Below the pieces are notes generated by a model, which did not search any database, was not told the DNA's origin, and worked only from the letters and a program-made list of their open reading frames with translations. From assembly GCA_050747745.1 (NCBI GenBank), contig JBOGKM010000110.1, forward strand, positions 40,587 through 104,586: a stretch of DNA of 64,000 nt, in the 5' to 3' direction. Source of the DNA: Terriglobales bacterium. Its GTDB lineage: Bacteria > Acidobacteriota > Terriglobia > Terriglobales > SCQP01. Positions 17,602-26,126 of the stretch are shown one piece after another. The position numbers were made by a program, and so were the translations under genes. Numbering within the stretch: the first letter of the stretch is position 1; every line of letters starts with the position of its first letter.

Positions 17602-18486
17602 ATGGCTGAGGAAAACTCCACCACCCCCAATCCGGAAAGCAATGCCGCTTTGCCGCAGCAGAGCTACAGAGAAGTCTGGGTCGCCGCCGCGCTGGAGGTG
17701 ATCCAGAGTCTGAGCGGCGATACCCGTTGGGCCGCCGCGCCGGCGCTGCCCGGCAGCGGCGAGAACGCCATCGAGATGGTGGCCTTTCTCGAACTGCGCG
17801 GCGATTTGGCTGGTATCCAGCAGTTCCGCTTCTATCAGGGCGAGGGGCGCGCCTGGGCCCAGGTATCGGTTCCACCCGCACCCGATGCGCCGCGCGTGCG
17901 CTCTACCCCGCTCGATGATGCCGAGCGCGACGCGCTGGGCGACGTGCTGCGGCACATGCTGGAAACCGCGACCTCGGGATTGCACGCCGCCGGCTGGGGC
18001 GAGGTGGGCATCGACTTGCGCCACCTGGGTCCGCTGCGGCGGACGGTGGAAAGCTCGGAAGGGGTCGAGGCGCTGAGCTTCACCCATCCCGATGGCCTGC
18101 GGCTCAACCTCGCCATGACCATGGATGGCACCCTGGGCGAGGCAATCCGCCAGCGCATGAGTCCGGGCACGGGGCCCGTGCCCACCCCATTGGGCACGCG
18201 CGCTCCCGCCACCAGCGCCAGCCGTTTCGATATGCTGCTCGATGTCGAGTTGGAAGCTACCCTGCGTTTCGGCAACCGCCAGATGCTGCTGCACGACGTT
18301 GCCGAACTGGTCCCCGGCTCGGTGTTGGAACTCGACCGCCAGATCGACGATCCGGTGGAATTGCTGGTCGGCGGCAAAATCATCGCCTGGGGCGAAGTGG
18401 TGGTGGTCGACGGCAACTACGGTTTGCGCATCAATCGCATGGTGCAGCGCCGCGAACGCATGGCGGCGCTGGAGGCGGCGCGATGA
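17602..18486 (+). CDS. fliN: Flagellar motor switch protein FliN/FliY-like (C-terminal SpoA domain, ~200 aa N-terminal extension)
   Basis: C-terminal LLDVELEATLRFGNRQMLLHDVAELVPGSVLELDRQIDDPVELLVGGKIIAWGEVVVVDGNYGLRI is a typical FliN. Start taken at ATG 17602, after the fliM stop at 17594. Confidence 0.8.
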   Translation: MAEENSTTPNPESNAALPQQSYREVWVAAALEVIQSLSGDTRWAAAPALPGSGENAIEMVAFLELRGDLAGIQQFRFYQGEGRAWAQVSVPPAPDAPRVRSTPLDDAERDALGDVLRHMLETATSGLHAAGWGEVGIDLRHLGPLRRTVESSEGVEALSFTHPDGLRLNLAMTMDGTLGEAIRQRMSPGTGPVPTPLGTRAPATSASRFDMLLDVELEATLRFGNRQMLLHDVAELVPGSVLELDRQIDDPVELLVGGKIIAWGEVVVVDGNYGLRINRMVQRRERMAALEAAR

Positions 18487-19406
18487 GCGGCGCGCCTGCC
18501 ACGCTCGATCTTCCCTCGCCGCTGCCGCGGTCCGCGACCGTGCCCGAGCGTGAGGGTCTGCTGGCTGGTCTCAGTCAGGGCTGGCAGTCCTGGCGCCAGC
18601 GCTGGGTGTGCATGGGACCGGACTGCAGCGAACGCTATGGCCTGCGCGCCTGGTGCAAGTTGCCGGCGCGGGTGCAGTTGCAGGAGGGCTGGTGCTGCAG
18701 CCAGGAGTGCTTCCAGTCCGCACTCGAGGTGCAGGCACACCGGCTGCTGCACGAGGCGGTGCCGCGGGCGGTGCGGCAGCACCGCTTCCCGCTGGGATTG
18801 CTGCTGCTTTCCCAGGGCCGCATCACCCAGACACAGCTACGCGCCGCCTTGCAGGAACAGCAACAGCGCGGCGGCCGGGTTGGGGAATGGCTGGTGCGCC
18901 GGGGCGCGGTGCCAGAGACCGACGTGGCCGCCACGGTCGCGCTGCAGTGGGCCTGCCCCACCTTTCCCCTGGCGGAATCGCACGTCTGGCAGCAGTTGCG
19001 CGGCTGGGTACCGTTGCCCCTGCTGCGGACGCTGGGCATGCTGCCGCTCTATTTTGCGCCCGCGCAGCGCAAACTGTATGTTGGTTTTACCCAGACGCTT
19101 GATTTCAATGTCCTGGCCGCGCTCGGCCAGATGCTGGAATGCGCCACCGAGGCCTGCATCGTGACCGATTCGGCCTGGGCCGCAGCGCTGGAACAGCTGC
19201 GCAGCGCGCCCGGCGCCGCCAGCGAAAGCGTTGAGCTGGAAGACATGGACGGCGCCCTCGACATTGCCGGCGTCGTCCGCCAGTACGCCCGCTACGCCGA
19301 AGCGAGGCACGTGCGCCTGGCGGCGATTGGTCCCTTCCTCTGGGTGCGCATCCGCGGAAGGCGCACCCTTCACCTGACCTTCCGCACTGCCAGGCCCCGC
19401 AGCTAA
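18483..19406 (+). CDS. Zinc-ribbon / MshEN (T2SS-E N-terminal, c-di-GMP-receptor-type) domain protein without an ATPase domain
   Basis: Its ATG overlaps the fliN stop (ATGA). Cys cluster C-x4-C...CCSQEC. Residues 103-155 form two 24-aa MshEN motifs separated by 5 residues. The T2SSE_N-like LPLYFAPAQRKLYVGFTQTLD follows. Confidence 0.7.
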   Translation: MSGAPATLDLPSPLPRSATVPEREGLLAGLSQGWQSWRQRWVCMGPDCSERYGLRAWCKLPARVQLQEGWCCSQECFQSALEVQAHRLLHEAVPRAVRQHRFPLGLLLLSQGRITQTQLRAALQEQQQRGGRVGEWLVRRGAVPETDVAATVALQWACPTFPLAESHVWQQLRGWVPLPLLRTLGMLPLYFAPAQRKLYVGFTQTLDFNVLAALGQMLECATEACIVTDSAWAAALEQLRSAPGAASESVELEDMDGALDIAGVVRQYARYAEARHVRLAAIGPFLWVRIRGRRTLHLTFRTARPRS

Positions 19407-19419
19407 ACTGTAGCTGCCA

Positions 19420-20241
19420 ATGCCTCTGCCCGCAGCTCTGCGCCGCCGCTATGGCGGTGATCTGGACTTCCCCGCGCGTCCGGTGCCGTACGTTTTCGCC
19501 AACTTCGTCTCCAGCGTGGATGGGGTGGTGAGCTACGGCGTGCCCGGACGTTCCGGAGGAGGCACGCTCAGCGGCGGCGATGCAGCCGACCGCTTCCTGA
19601 TGGCGCTGTTGCGTGCCGCCGCCGATGCAGTCATCGTGGGCGCGACAACGCTACGCGAGGCGGGAGCGCGAGCGCTATGGTCGCCGGGATTCACCTGCCC
19701 GGAAGCGGCGGCGGATTTGGCGCGCTGGCGCCGTGCCCGCCGCGTGCCACCCTCGCCGCTGCTGGTGGTGCTGACCACCAGTGGACGGCTGAATCCGCGC
19801 AGCGCGGTGTTTACCACACCCGGCTCGCGCGTGTTGGTGATCAGCTCCAAGGCCGGCGCCGCGGCGCTGGCGCCCGGACTGCGCGGCGCCAGCGCCGAAG
19901 TCGAAGTCCGGCCCTGGCGCTCGCCCGCCGGCCGCGTGCCCGTGCCGGCGATGCTGCGCCTGCTGCGGCGGGAATACAAGATCCAGCGGCTGCTGCATGA
20001 GGGCGGGCCGGCGCTCCTGGGCGAATTCCTGGCTGCCGGCGCCATACAACAGCTGTTCCTCACCCTGGCGCCGCGCCTGGCCGGCCGCAGCCGTGCAGCG
20101 CCCCGTCCCGGTCTCGTCGAGGGCGTAGCCTTCGCTGCCGCCGCCTCGCCCCAACTGCGCCTGGTCAGCCTCAAGGCGCACGGCGCCATGCTGTTCACCC
20201 GCTACCGCGTCACCGACCGAGATTGCCGCTCCGGCGGCTAG
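19420..20241 (+). CDS. RibD C-terminal domain / dihydrofolate-reductase-like family protein
   Basis: FVSSVDGVVS, DAVIVGATTLR and LHEGGPALLGEFLAAG, the typical RibD_C pattern. Confidence 0.7.
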   Translation: MPLPAALRRRYGGDLDFPARPVPYVFANFVSSVDGVVSYGVPGRSGGGTLSGGDAADRFLMALLRAAADAVIVGATTLREAGARALWSPGFTCPEAAADLARWRRARRVPPSPLLVVLTTSGRLNPRSAVFTTPGSRVLVISSKAGAAALAPGLRGASAEVEVRPWRSPAGRVPVPAMLRLLRREYKIQRLLHEGGPALLGEFLAAGAIQQLFLTLAPRLAGRSRAAPRPGLVEGVAFAAAASPQLRLVSLKAHGAMLFTRYRVTDRDCRSGG

Positions 20242-20498
20242 CGCAAAGCACCAACTCCGAGGCCCAGTTCGCGCTGGAGGATGCGGGCGTCGTAGGGGCT
20301 GCAGGCGAAGGTGCGGCCGTCGAGGTCGAAGGTCGGGACTTTGTATTTGCCCTGATTCTGTTGCGCGACCCACTCGGCCGCGCCTTCGATCTGCTCGATG
20401 TTGATCTCCTCGAAGGCGATGCCTTGCCCGGCGAGAAAACGCTTGGCGCGCCGGCAGTCGGGGCACCAGGTGGTGGTATATATTTTCAGCATCATCAA
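20238..20498 (-). CDS. Glutaredoxin-family protein (NrdH/mycoredoxin-like)
   Basis: YTTTWCPDCRRAKRFL active-site CxxC and the KVPTF motif. 86 aa. Confidence 0.75.
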   Translation of the reverse strand: MMMLKIYTTTWCPDCRRAKRFLAGQGIAFEEINIEQIEGAAEWVAQQNQGKYKVPTFDLDGRTFACSPYDARILQRELGLGVGALR

Positions 20499-21211
20499 TA
20501 GCCGGAAAACTCTTCCGTTCGGATATCGTCGTCGTCCACGCCCGCGTCATGGAGCGTGCCGCGCAGCGCGGTCACCATGCCCGGCGGCCCGGCGATAAAA
20601 TAAACCGGCTCGTGCGCATCCTTAAGATGTTCGGCCAGGAGCTTGCCCGTAATCAGGCCGCGCGCGCCGCTCCATGACCGCTGTGATTTTTCCATTTCCG
20701 ACATCACCGGCACGCAAGTGAAGCGCGGATTCTCCTGCTGCAGCGCCAGTAGGTCGTCCAGAAACGCGGCGTCTTCCGGACGTCGGTTGCCATAAAACAG
20801 CACGATGCGATGGCCGAGCTTGTGGTGCGCGGCGTGCCGTGCCATGGAGCGGAACGGCGTGATGCCGATGCCGCCGGCCAGCAGCACGATCGTGCGGGTA
20901 TCGCGATTCGGCAGCGTGAAGTCGCCCAAGGGACCGTCCAACTCGAGCGCGCCGTTCAGCGGCATGCCGGCGAAAGCGTTCTTGAAGGCGCTGCCGCGCA
21001 TGCGCGTCGCTACCGTCAGGGCGGGCGCTTCGGATTCGTCGGCAAGCGAGAAGGTGTGGACATTGCCGCCGGGTGTGGAATCGGGCAACTGCGGCAGCTT
21101 CAAATCAATCGTCTGGCCGGGACGGAAATCGAAGTGGGCGGGCTTTTCCAGGCGGAACGCCATAGTGCCTTCCGCCACGGTTTGGCGTTCCAGAAGACGC
21201 GAGGTGCTCAT
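20495..21211 (-). CDS. FNR-like FAD/NAD(P)-binding oxidoreductase
   Basis: HTFSLA (R-x-Y-S-type FAD site), LLAGGIGITPF (NAD(P) GxGxxP) and YFIAGPPGMV. Confidence 0.8.
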   Translation of the reverse strand: MSTSRLLERQTVAEGTMAFRLEKPAHFDFRPGQTIDLKLPQLPDSTPGGNVHTFSLADESEAPALTVATRMRGSAFKNAFAGMPLNGALELDGPLGDFTLPNRDTRTIVLLAGGIGITPFRSMARHAAHHKLGHRIVLFYGNRRPEDAAFLDDLLALQQENPRFTCVPVMSEMEKSQRSWSGARGLITGKLLAEHLKDAHEPVYFIAGPPGMVTALRGTLHDAGVDDDDIRTEEFSGY

Positions 21212-21576
21212 GCGGCATGTCCTTGTGTGCGTAGTTGAGCTTCCAAATAGTGCTGCAGCACCACGGCATTGTTGTGCTCGGTGTCATGCGAGCTGTAGAT
21301 CAGCGTCAGCGTGCCGTGGCGCGCGGCGGCCAGCAGCGGCGCCAGCTCATCCGCGTGGCTGCGCAACTCGGCGGTGTAGCGGCGCTGAAATTCTGCCCAC
21401 TTGGCGGGATCGTGGCTGAACCATTGGCGCAAGCCCATGCTGGGCGCCACCTCCCTGGCCCAGGCGGCGAGCACCAGATCGGTTTTTTTAACGCCGCGCG
21501 GCCAGAGCCGCTCCACCAGGATGCGGGCACCGTCGGCCGGGGTAGCGCCGTCATAGGCACGCTTGAGCTGAATCAT
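21208..21576 (-). CDS. DUF488 (YeaO-like) family protein
   Basis: RILVERLWPRGVKK, REVAPSMGLRQWFSHDPAKWAEF and LIYSSHDTEHNNAVVL, matching the DUF488 pattern. Confidence 0.7.
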   Translation of the reverse strand: MIQLKRAYDGATPADGARILVERLWPRGVKKTDLVLAAWAREVAPSMGLRQWFSHDPAKWAEFQRRYTAELRSHADELAPLLAAARHGTLTLIYSSHDTEHNNAVVLQHYLEAQLRTQGHAA

Positions 21577-21998
21577 GGGCAGTTCTCGTCGGTGGGCCAG
21601 GCCAGGGTAAGCAAAAACGCGCTGTCTTCCAGCGCTTCCACGTCGTGATGCAGCTCATGATCGAGCACCAGCAGATGGCCTGCGGGCAGGTCCTCGACTC
21701 CGCTGGGGAGGTGCAGCCTGATGTGGCCGCTGAGCGCCTGCACGGTGATGCGGGCCGCGGTGCGGTGCTCGGGCATGCGCTCGCCACCGCGCATGGAAAC
21801 CAGCACCACGCGCAGGTCGGGATGCTTCACCAGCGTGGTCGAGCTGGGGCCGGTTCCGCTCCACCAGGCATCCTGCCGGCGCAGATGCTCGACTTCGCCG
21901 CTGAGATGAAAGCGCAGGATGGGGAGCTGCAGGCTGTCGCCGATCTGGTCGTGCCCGACCGGGCGCGGTGCCGGTTCATCAGGTGCGCGGCTCGCCAT
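21573..21998 (-). CDS. Cupin domain protein
   Basis: MPEHRTAARITVQALSGHIRL..LPAGHLLVLD is a cupin-like two-motif core. It has a 4-nt overlap with the next gene. Confidence 0.6.
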   Translation of the reverse strand: MASRAPDEPAPRPVGHDQIGDSLQLPILRFHLSGEVEHLRRQDAWWSGTGPSSTTLVKHPDLRVVLVSMRGGERMPEHRTAARITVQALSGHIRLHLPSGVEDLPAGHLLVLDHELHHDVEALEDSAFLLTLAWPTDENCP

Positions 21999-22027
21999 AG
22001 CTCCAGTCTACCCCTCCGCCTGAGGAG

Positions 22028-22675
22028 CTATGCGTTCCGGCGCAAGGGACGCACCAGCAGCCAGGCGCCCACCAGCGCCAGCGGCAACCACTCCAGCGGC
22101 TGCAGCGCCTGCGCCAACGTGGCTGGCTGCGCCCACTGGGGCGGCAAGCCACGCACCGGCAGATCGCTCGAATAGGCAATCGCCGCCAGCAGGGCGTAAT
22201 AGACGGCGGCTACGCCGGGCAGCAGGAGCAAGAATCCCAGAGTGGCGCGGGCACCGGCATGGCGGTGCGCCGCCCAGAAACAGCCGAGCACGGCGCCCGG
22301 CAGCAGCCAGGCCGCGCCTCCGGCCCAGCCCAACCCGGTGCCCAAAACCATCAACACCACACCCAGCACCGGCGCGCGCTCCAGCACCAGCACGCCGGTC
22401 AACGCCGTGGCCGCCAGGATGGGCACCAGCACCCGCTGAAAGCTGGCCACGCCTACCGCCGTGGCCGCCGAGTACGCGTCCGCCGGAGCCAGAAACCAAG
22501 CGTAAAGGATGGTAAGCACCGCGCCCAGCAGCACGGCGAAAATGGATGCACGCAGCCACAGATCGCGTCCCGCGGCCTGGCGGCGTGGACGCGGAGCGGT
22601 CCGCGGCAGAGTAGTCTGCAGCACCGACTCCGCGCTGTGCTCGGGTTCTGCCGGAGCCATCAATCGTTCATCCAC
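22028..22675 (-). CDS. Hypothetical multi-pass membrane protein
   Basis: Five or six hydrophobic segments and high third-position GC. No recognisable family. Confidence 0.5.
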   Translation of the reverse strand: MDERLMAPAEPEHSAESVLQTTLPRTAPRPRRQAAGRDLWLRASIFAVLLGAVLTILYAWFLAPADAYSAATAVGVASFQRVLVPILAATALTGVLVLERAPVLGVVLMVLGTGLGWAGGAAWLLPGAVLGCFWAAHRHAGARATLGFLLLLPGVAAVYYALLAAIAYSSDLPVRGLPPQWAQPATLAQALQPLEWLPLALVGAWLLVRPLRRNA

Positions 22676-22721
22676 CCTGATGGGATTCTAGCCTAGCTGG
22701 CAGCGGTTACAATGGAGGGCC

Positions 22722-24044
22722 ATGGCGCGAATTCGTCCATTTTCCGCGTATCGCTACGATCTCAGCCGCGTGCGCGCGGCCGATGTGCTCACCCAGCCGT
22801 ACGACAAAATCACGCCCGCGATGCGGCAGCGTTATCTCGCCGCCAGCCCTTTCAATCTGGTGCGGGTGATCCTGGGGGAAAAACAACCCGGCGACAACGA
22901 ACACCACAACGTCTACACGCGCGCGGCGGAATTCCTCAACGACTGGATGCAGCAGGGAATATTGCGGCCCGATCCCGAACCCTCCGTGTATGCCTACACG
23001 CAGCAGTTCCGCTCTCCCGCGGGAGGACAGAGCTTCATCCGGCACGGCTTGATCGCGCTGGGAGCGCTCGAGGAGTACGAGCGGCACGTCATTTACCGGC
23101 ATGAGCAAACGCTGAGCGGCCCTAAACTCGACCGACAGGCGCTGCTGCGCGCCACCCGCACCCACTTCGGACAGCTGTTCATGCTCTACAGCGACCCCAG
23201 CCAGAACGTCGAGCGCGAGCTGCTCGCGCGGGCGCAGAATCCGCTACTCGAAGCCACCGACGAGTACGGCACCGTACACCGCCTGTTCCGGGAAACGGAT
23301 GCAGGCGTGATTGAGCGCCTGCAGCGGACGCTGGCGCCGCTGCCGCTGGTCATTGCCGATGGTCACCATCGCTATGAAACCGCCCTCGCCTGGCGCGCGG
23401 AACAAGGCGCGCACGCGCCCCATCGCGCGGACCACCCCTGGGACTGGGTCATGATGACGCTGGTGAATCTGGATGCGCCGGGGATGGTGGTGCTGCCGAC
23501 TCACCGGCTGATTTACGGGCTCAGCGGCTGGAATGCGGCGGCGGCGCTGGGCAAGCTGGCAGAGTACTTCCAGATCGAAGATACGGGCATTGCCGCCGCC
23601 AGCCCACACGTGGCGGAACAGCTGCGCCCGCTGCTGGCGCGAGCGGCCCAACCGGGCCCGGCCGTGGCGGCGGCGCTGGCGGGCCGGCCCAACCTGCTGC
23701 TGCTGCGTCCGCGTCCGGAACTGGATTTGCAAGCGCTGTTGCCCGAGGCGCTGCCGCAGCAGCGGCAACTGGACGTGGTGCTGCTGCATCGCCTGGCGCT
23801 GGAGTTGGCGCTGGGAGTTACTCCCGAAATGGTGCGCGCCGAACAGCACCTGCGTTATGTCAAGGACGCGGCCGAAGCGCTGCAGTCGGTCAGCGCCCAA
23901 GCAGCACAAGCCGCCTTTTTCCTGCATCCGGTCACGCCCACGCAGGTGCGCGACATCGCTCTGGCGGGAGGCGTGCTGCCGCAGAAATCTACGGATTTTT
24001 TCCCCAAGCTGCTGACCGGCCTAACGCTGCAGCATGTGGATTGA
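22722..24044 (+). CDS. DUF1015 family protein
   Basis: N-terminal IRPFSAYRYD...QPYDKIT and IADGHHRYETAL, characteristic of DUF1015. Confidence 0.8.
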   Translation: MARIRPFSAYRYDLSRVRAADVLTQPYDKITPAMRQRYLAASPFNLVRVILGEKQPGDNEHHNVYTRAAEFLNDWMQQGILRPDPEPSVYAYTQQFRSPAGGQSFIRHGLIALGALEEYERHVIYRHEQTLSGPKLDRQALLRATRTHFGQLFMLYSDPSQNVERELLARAQNPLLEATDEYGTVHRLFRETDAGVIERLQRTLAPLPLVIADGHHRYETALAWRAEQGAHAPHRADHPWDWVMMTLVNLDAPGMVVLPTHRLIYGLSGWNAAAALGKLAEYFQIEDTGIAAASPHVAEQLRPLLARAAQPGPAVAAALAGRPNLLLLRPRPELDLQALLPEALPQQRQLDVVLLHRLALELALGVTPEMVRAEQHLRYVKDAAEALQSVSAQAAQAAFFLHPVTPTQVRDIALAGGVLPQKSTDFFPKLLTGLTLQHVD

Positions 24045-24053
24045 GCTGCGGGC

Positions 24054-24401
24054 TTACTTTCTAAAGCTGGCAACGGCGGCCGCTTCGTCGTCGTAGACGT
24101 CAAAAACGGTCAGCAGCTTGGTGATCATCAGCAGCTCATGGAAGCGCTTGGTGATGGCCGCCAGCTTGACGCGGGCGCCGCGGGAGTTGGCGGTGCTGTA
24201 CAGTCCCACCAGCGCGCCCAGGCCGCTGCTGTCAATAAAGTCCACGTCGGCGAGATTGATCACGATATTGGTCGTGCCATTGGCCAGCAGGCCCTTGATG
24301 CTCTCGCGCAGATCGTTCGTCTCCTGGCCGAGTATGATGCGTCCATTCGCTTCAACCACGGTGACGCCTTCGACGGTACGGGTGCTGAGTTTCAGTGCCA
24401 C
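24054..24401 (-). CDS. STAS-domain anti-sigma-factor antagonist (SpoIIAA-like)
   Basis: VDFIDSSGLGALVGL contains the conserved phosphorylatable Ser context. 115 aa. Confidence 0.8.
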   Translation of the reverse strand: MALKLSTRTVEGVTVVEANGRIILGQETNDLRESIKGLLANGTTNIVINLADVDFIDSSGLGALVGLYSTANSRGARVKLAAITKRFHELLMITKLLTVFDVYDDEAAAVASFRK

Positions 24402-24470
24402 GCTAGTCTCCCTCTTGCTAAGCGAACAACAGGATACAAACTGCCATTAGATACTACTCCCATGCTGCGG

Positions 24471-25028
24471 TCAACCACCGATTTGCCGCCGGACCGCCAT
24501 TTCCCGGCGAATGTCGGAGCGGTCCTGCGGGCTGAGGAAACTGCGCAGGGCAGGAAAGATCAGCCGTTCCTCCAATTCCAGGTGATCCCGCCAGGCCTGA
24601 TCCAGCTCCGCAGCCTGCTCGGCCGTATGCGACGCCCGTTCCGGATGCTGGGGCAGCGCGTCCCATTGTGGCAATAACTCCGCAATGATGCGGTCAATGG
24701 CTAGGTGCTGGTCCACCATGGCCTGATTGGCCTGGGCCAGTTCCTGAGGAGGAGCGGCGGCGCGCAGGCGCGGGTAAACGGACTGATTCTCGTCCGCCTC
24801 ATGCAGCGGCAGCGCCAGCTTGTAGTAGGCGTAGACCGCCCGCGCGGCCGCCGGAACCTGGTCCGGTGGCGCCTGCGGCGCGGCCAGGCGGCGAGCCATG
24901 GCGGTGAAATGACGGATGCGCTGGTGACAGCCCAGCAGCAAATCCACGGCATCGCTGGTATCACCGGCGCGCAGGGCATCGGCCAAGCTGGCCGCGGCTG
25001 CGGCCGACGCTTTTATTTGTTGCAGCAT
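24471..25028 (-). CDS. Hemerythrin (HHE cation-binding) domain protein
   Basis: CHQRIRH, LHEADENQSVYP and HLELEERLIFP, His/Glu motifs of HHE domains. Confidence 0.65.
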   Translation of the reverse strand: MLQQIKASAAAAASLADALRAGDTSDAVDLLLGCHQRIRHFTAMARRLAAPQAPPDQVPAAARAVYAYYKLALPLHEADENQSVYPRLRAAAPPQELAQANQAMVDQHLAIDRIIAELLPQWDALPQHPERASHTAEQAAELDQAWRDHLELEERLIFPALRSFLSPQDRSDIRREMAVRRQIGG

Positions 25029-25037
25029 AGCTCCAGT

Positions 25038-25514
25038 TTAGCCTCCCGCCCGGGTTGCAGTTTGCCGCTCCGCACCCCGGTCGGCATACCACTGCTCCAG
25101 ACTCTGGCGGTAGGCATCGGGAAAATCGGCCACCGGGCGGCGGGCGCGGATAAGCGCCATGGCACTGGTGGGATCGAAGCCCAGCGCGCAGAGAATGGCC
25201 GCCGACGCCAGCGGACCACGATGTATGCCGGCAGCGCAATGCACATACACCTGCGCCTGTGGATCCTCCAGAGCGAGAGCGGCAAAGCGGGCGGCGCGCT
25301 CGAAAAATTCCGGCGGCTTGGCGTCGAGATCGTCTTCGGTGGGATTCCAGAGCACTTCCACACCCACTTCTGCCGCCAAGTCGCTGTCGTCGAATTCCGC
25401 CTGCACGTCCACGACGTGAGTGAAGCCGCGCCGCGACAATTCCGCCATCGCCGCCGGCGTCCACAACCCCGCGCCCAGCGCCAGCCGCCGATCGAGAATA
25501 AAGTCGAGATCCAT
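25038..25514 (-). CDS. Dual-specificity (Cys-based) protein phosphatase
   Basis: Active-site loop VHCAAGIHRG (HCxxGxxR). Confidence 0.75.
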   Translation of the reverse strand: MDLDFILDRRLALGAGLWTPAAMAELSRRGFTHVVDVQAEFDDSDLAAEVGVEVLWNPTEDDLDAKPPEFFERAARFAALALEDPQAQVYVHCAAGIHRGPLASAAILCALGFDPTSAMALIRARRPVADFPDAYRQSLEQWYADRGAERQTATRAGG

Positions 25515-25579
25515 ACGCGCCAGCCGACACTTCCAGCCGCAAGTGCGTATAGATGCAGCGGCCGCGGAGTCCGCTGTCC

Positions 25580-26032
25580 CTAGCGACGACCGGATTTTTT
25601 CGCGGGCTTGCGCGCGGGGGCGCGCTTTTTCGCGGCCGGTCTTTTCTTCTTCGTCCGTGCGGCGGGCTTGCGGGCGCTGCTCTTGGCGGCCTTGCGCGGG
25701 GCGCTCTTTTTGGCGCTGGCGGCTTTGGCGCTGGTTTTCTTCTTCGCCGCCGGCTTGGCCGCGGACCGGGCCGCCCGCGCTTTTTTAGCGGGTGCGGCTT
25801 TGGCCACCGGCCGCCGGGTTGGAGCCCGGCGGGGAGCAGACGGCGCTGGTGCCGGTGCCGCGGGGACGGGCATGGCCGGTGCCACCGTCGTCTCCGTCAG
25901 CACCGCAAACGTGTCCAGTTCGTCGCCCTCATCATCATCAAACCCGCCCGCCGGATCCTCGCCAAAACCAAATGGATCATCGGGATCGCTGGCCGCCGCA
26001 AAGCGGGGAAAAACAATCTCGTCGGAATTCAT
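25580..26032 (-). CDS. Bipartite acidic / Lys-Ala-Pro-rich histone-H1-like protein
   Basis: The N-terminal ~45 aa are highly acidic (DPDDPFGFGEDPAGGFDDDEGDELD). The C-terminal ~90 aa consist of KKA/AAKP-type basic repeats. Confidence 0.6.
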   Translation of the reverse strand: MNSDEIVFPRFAAASDPDDPFGFGEDPAGGFDDDEGDELDTFAVLTETTVAPAMPVPAAPAPAPSAPRRAPTRRPVAKAAPAKKARAARSAAKPAAKKKTSAKAASAKKSAPRKAAKSSARKPAARTKKKRPAAKKRAPARKPAKKSGRR

Positions 26033-26126
26033 GCTTGCCTCCTTGCTTCCCTACCCGTCCATCGCTCGTTTCCGAGGGATGGCTTTCGCTCCCACATTCT
26101 GGCAAGTCCCTCGGCGGCGCGCAAGC

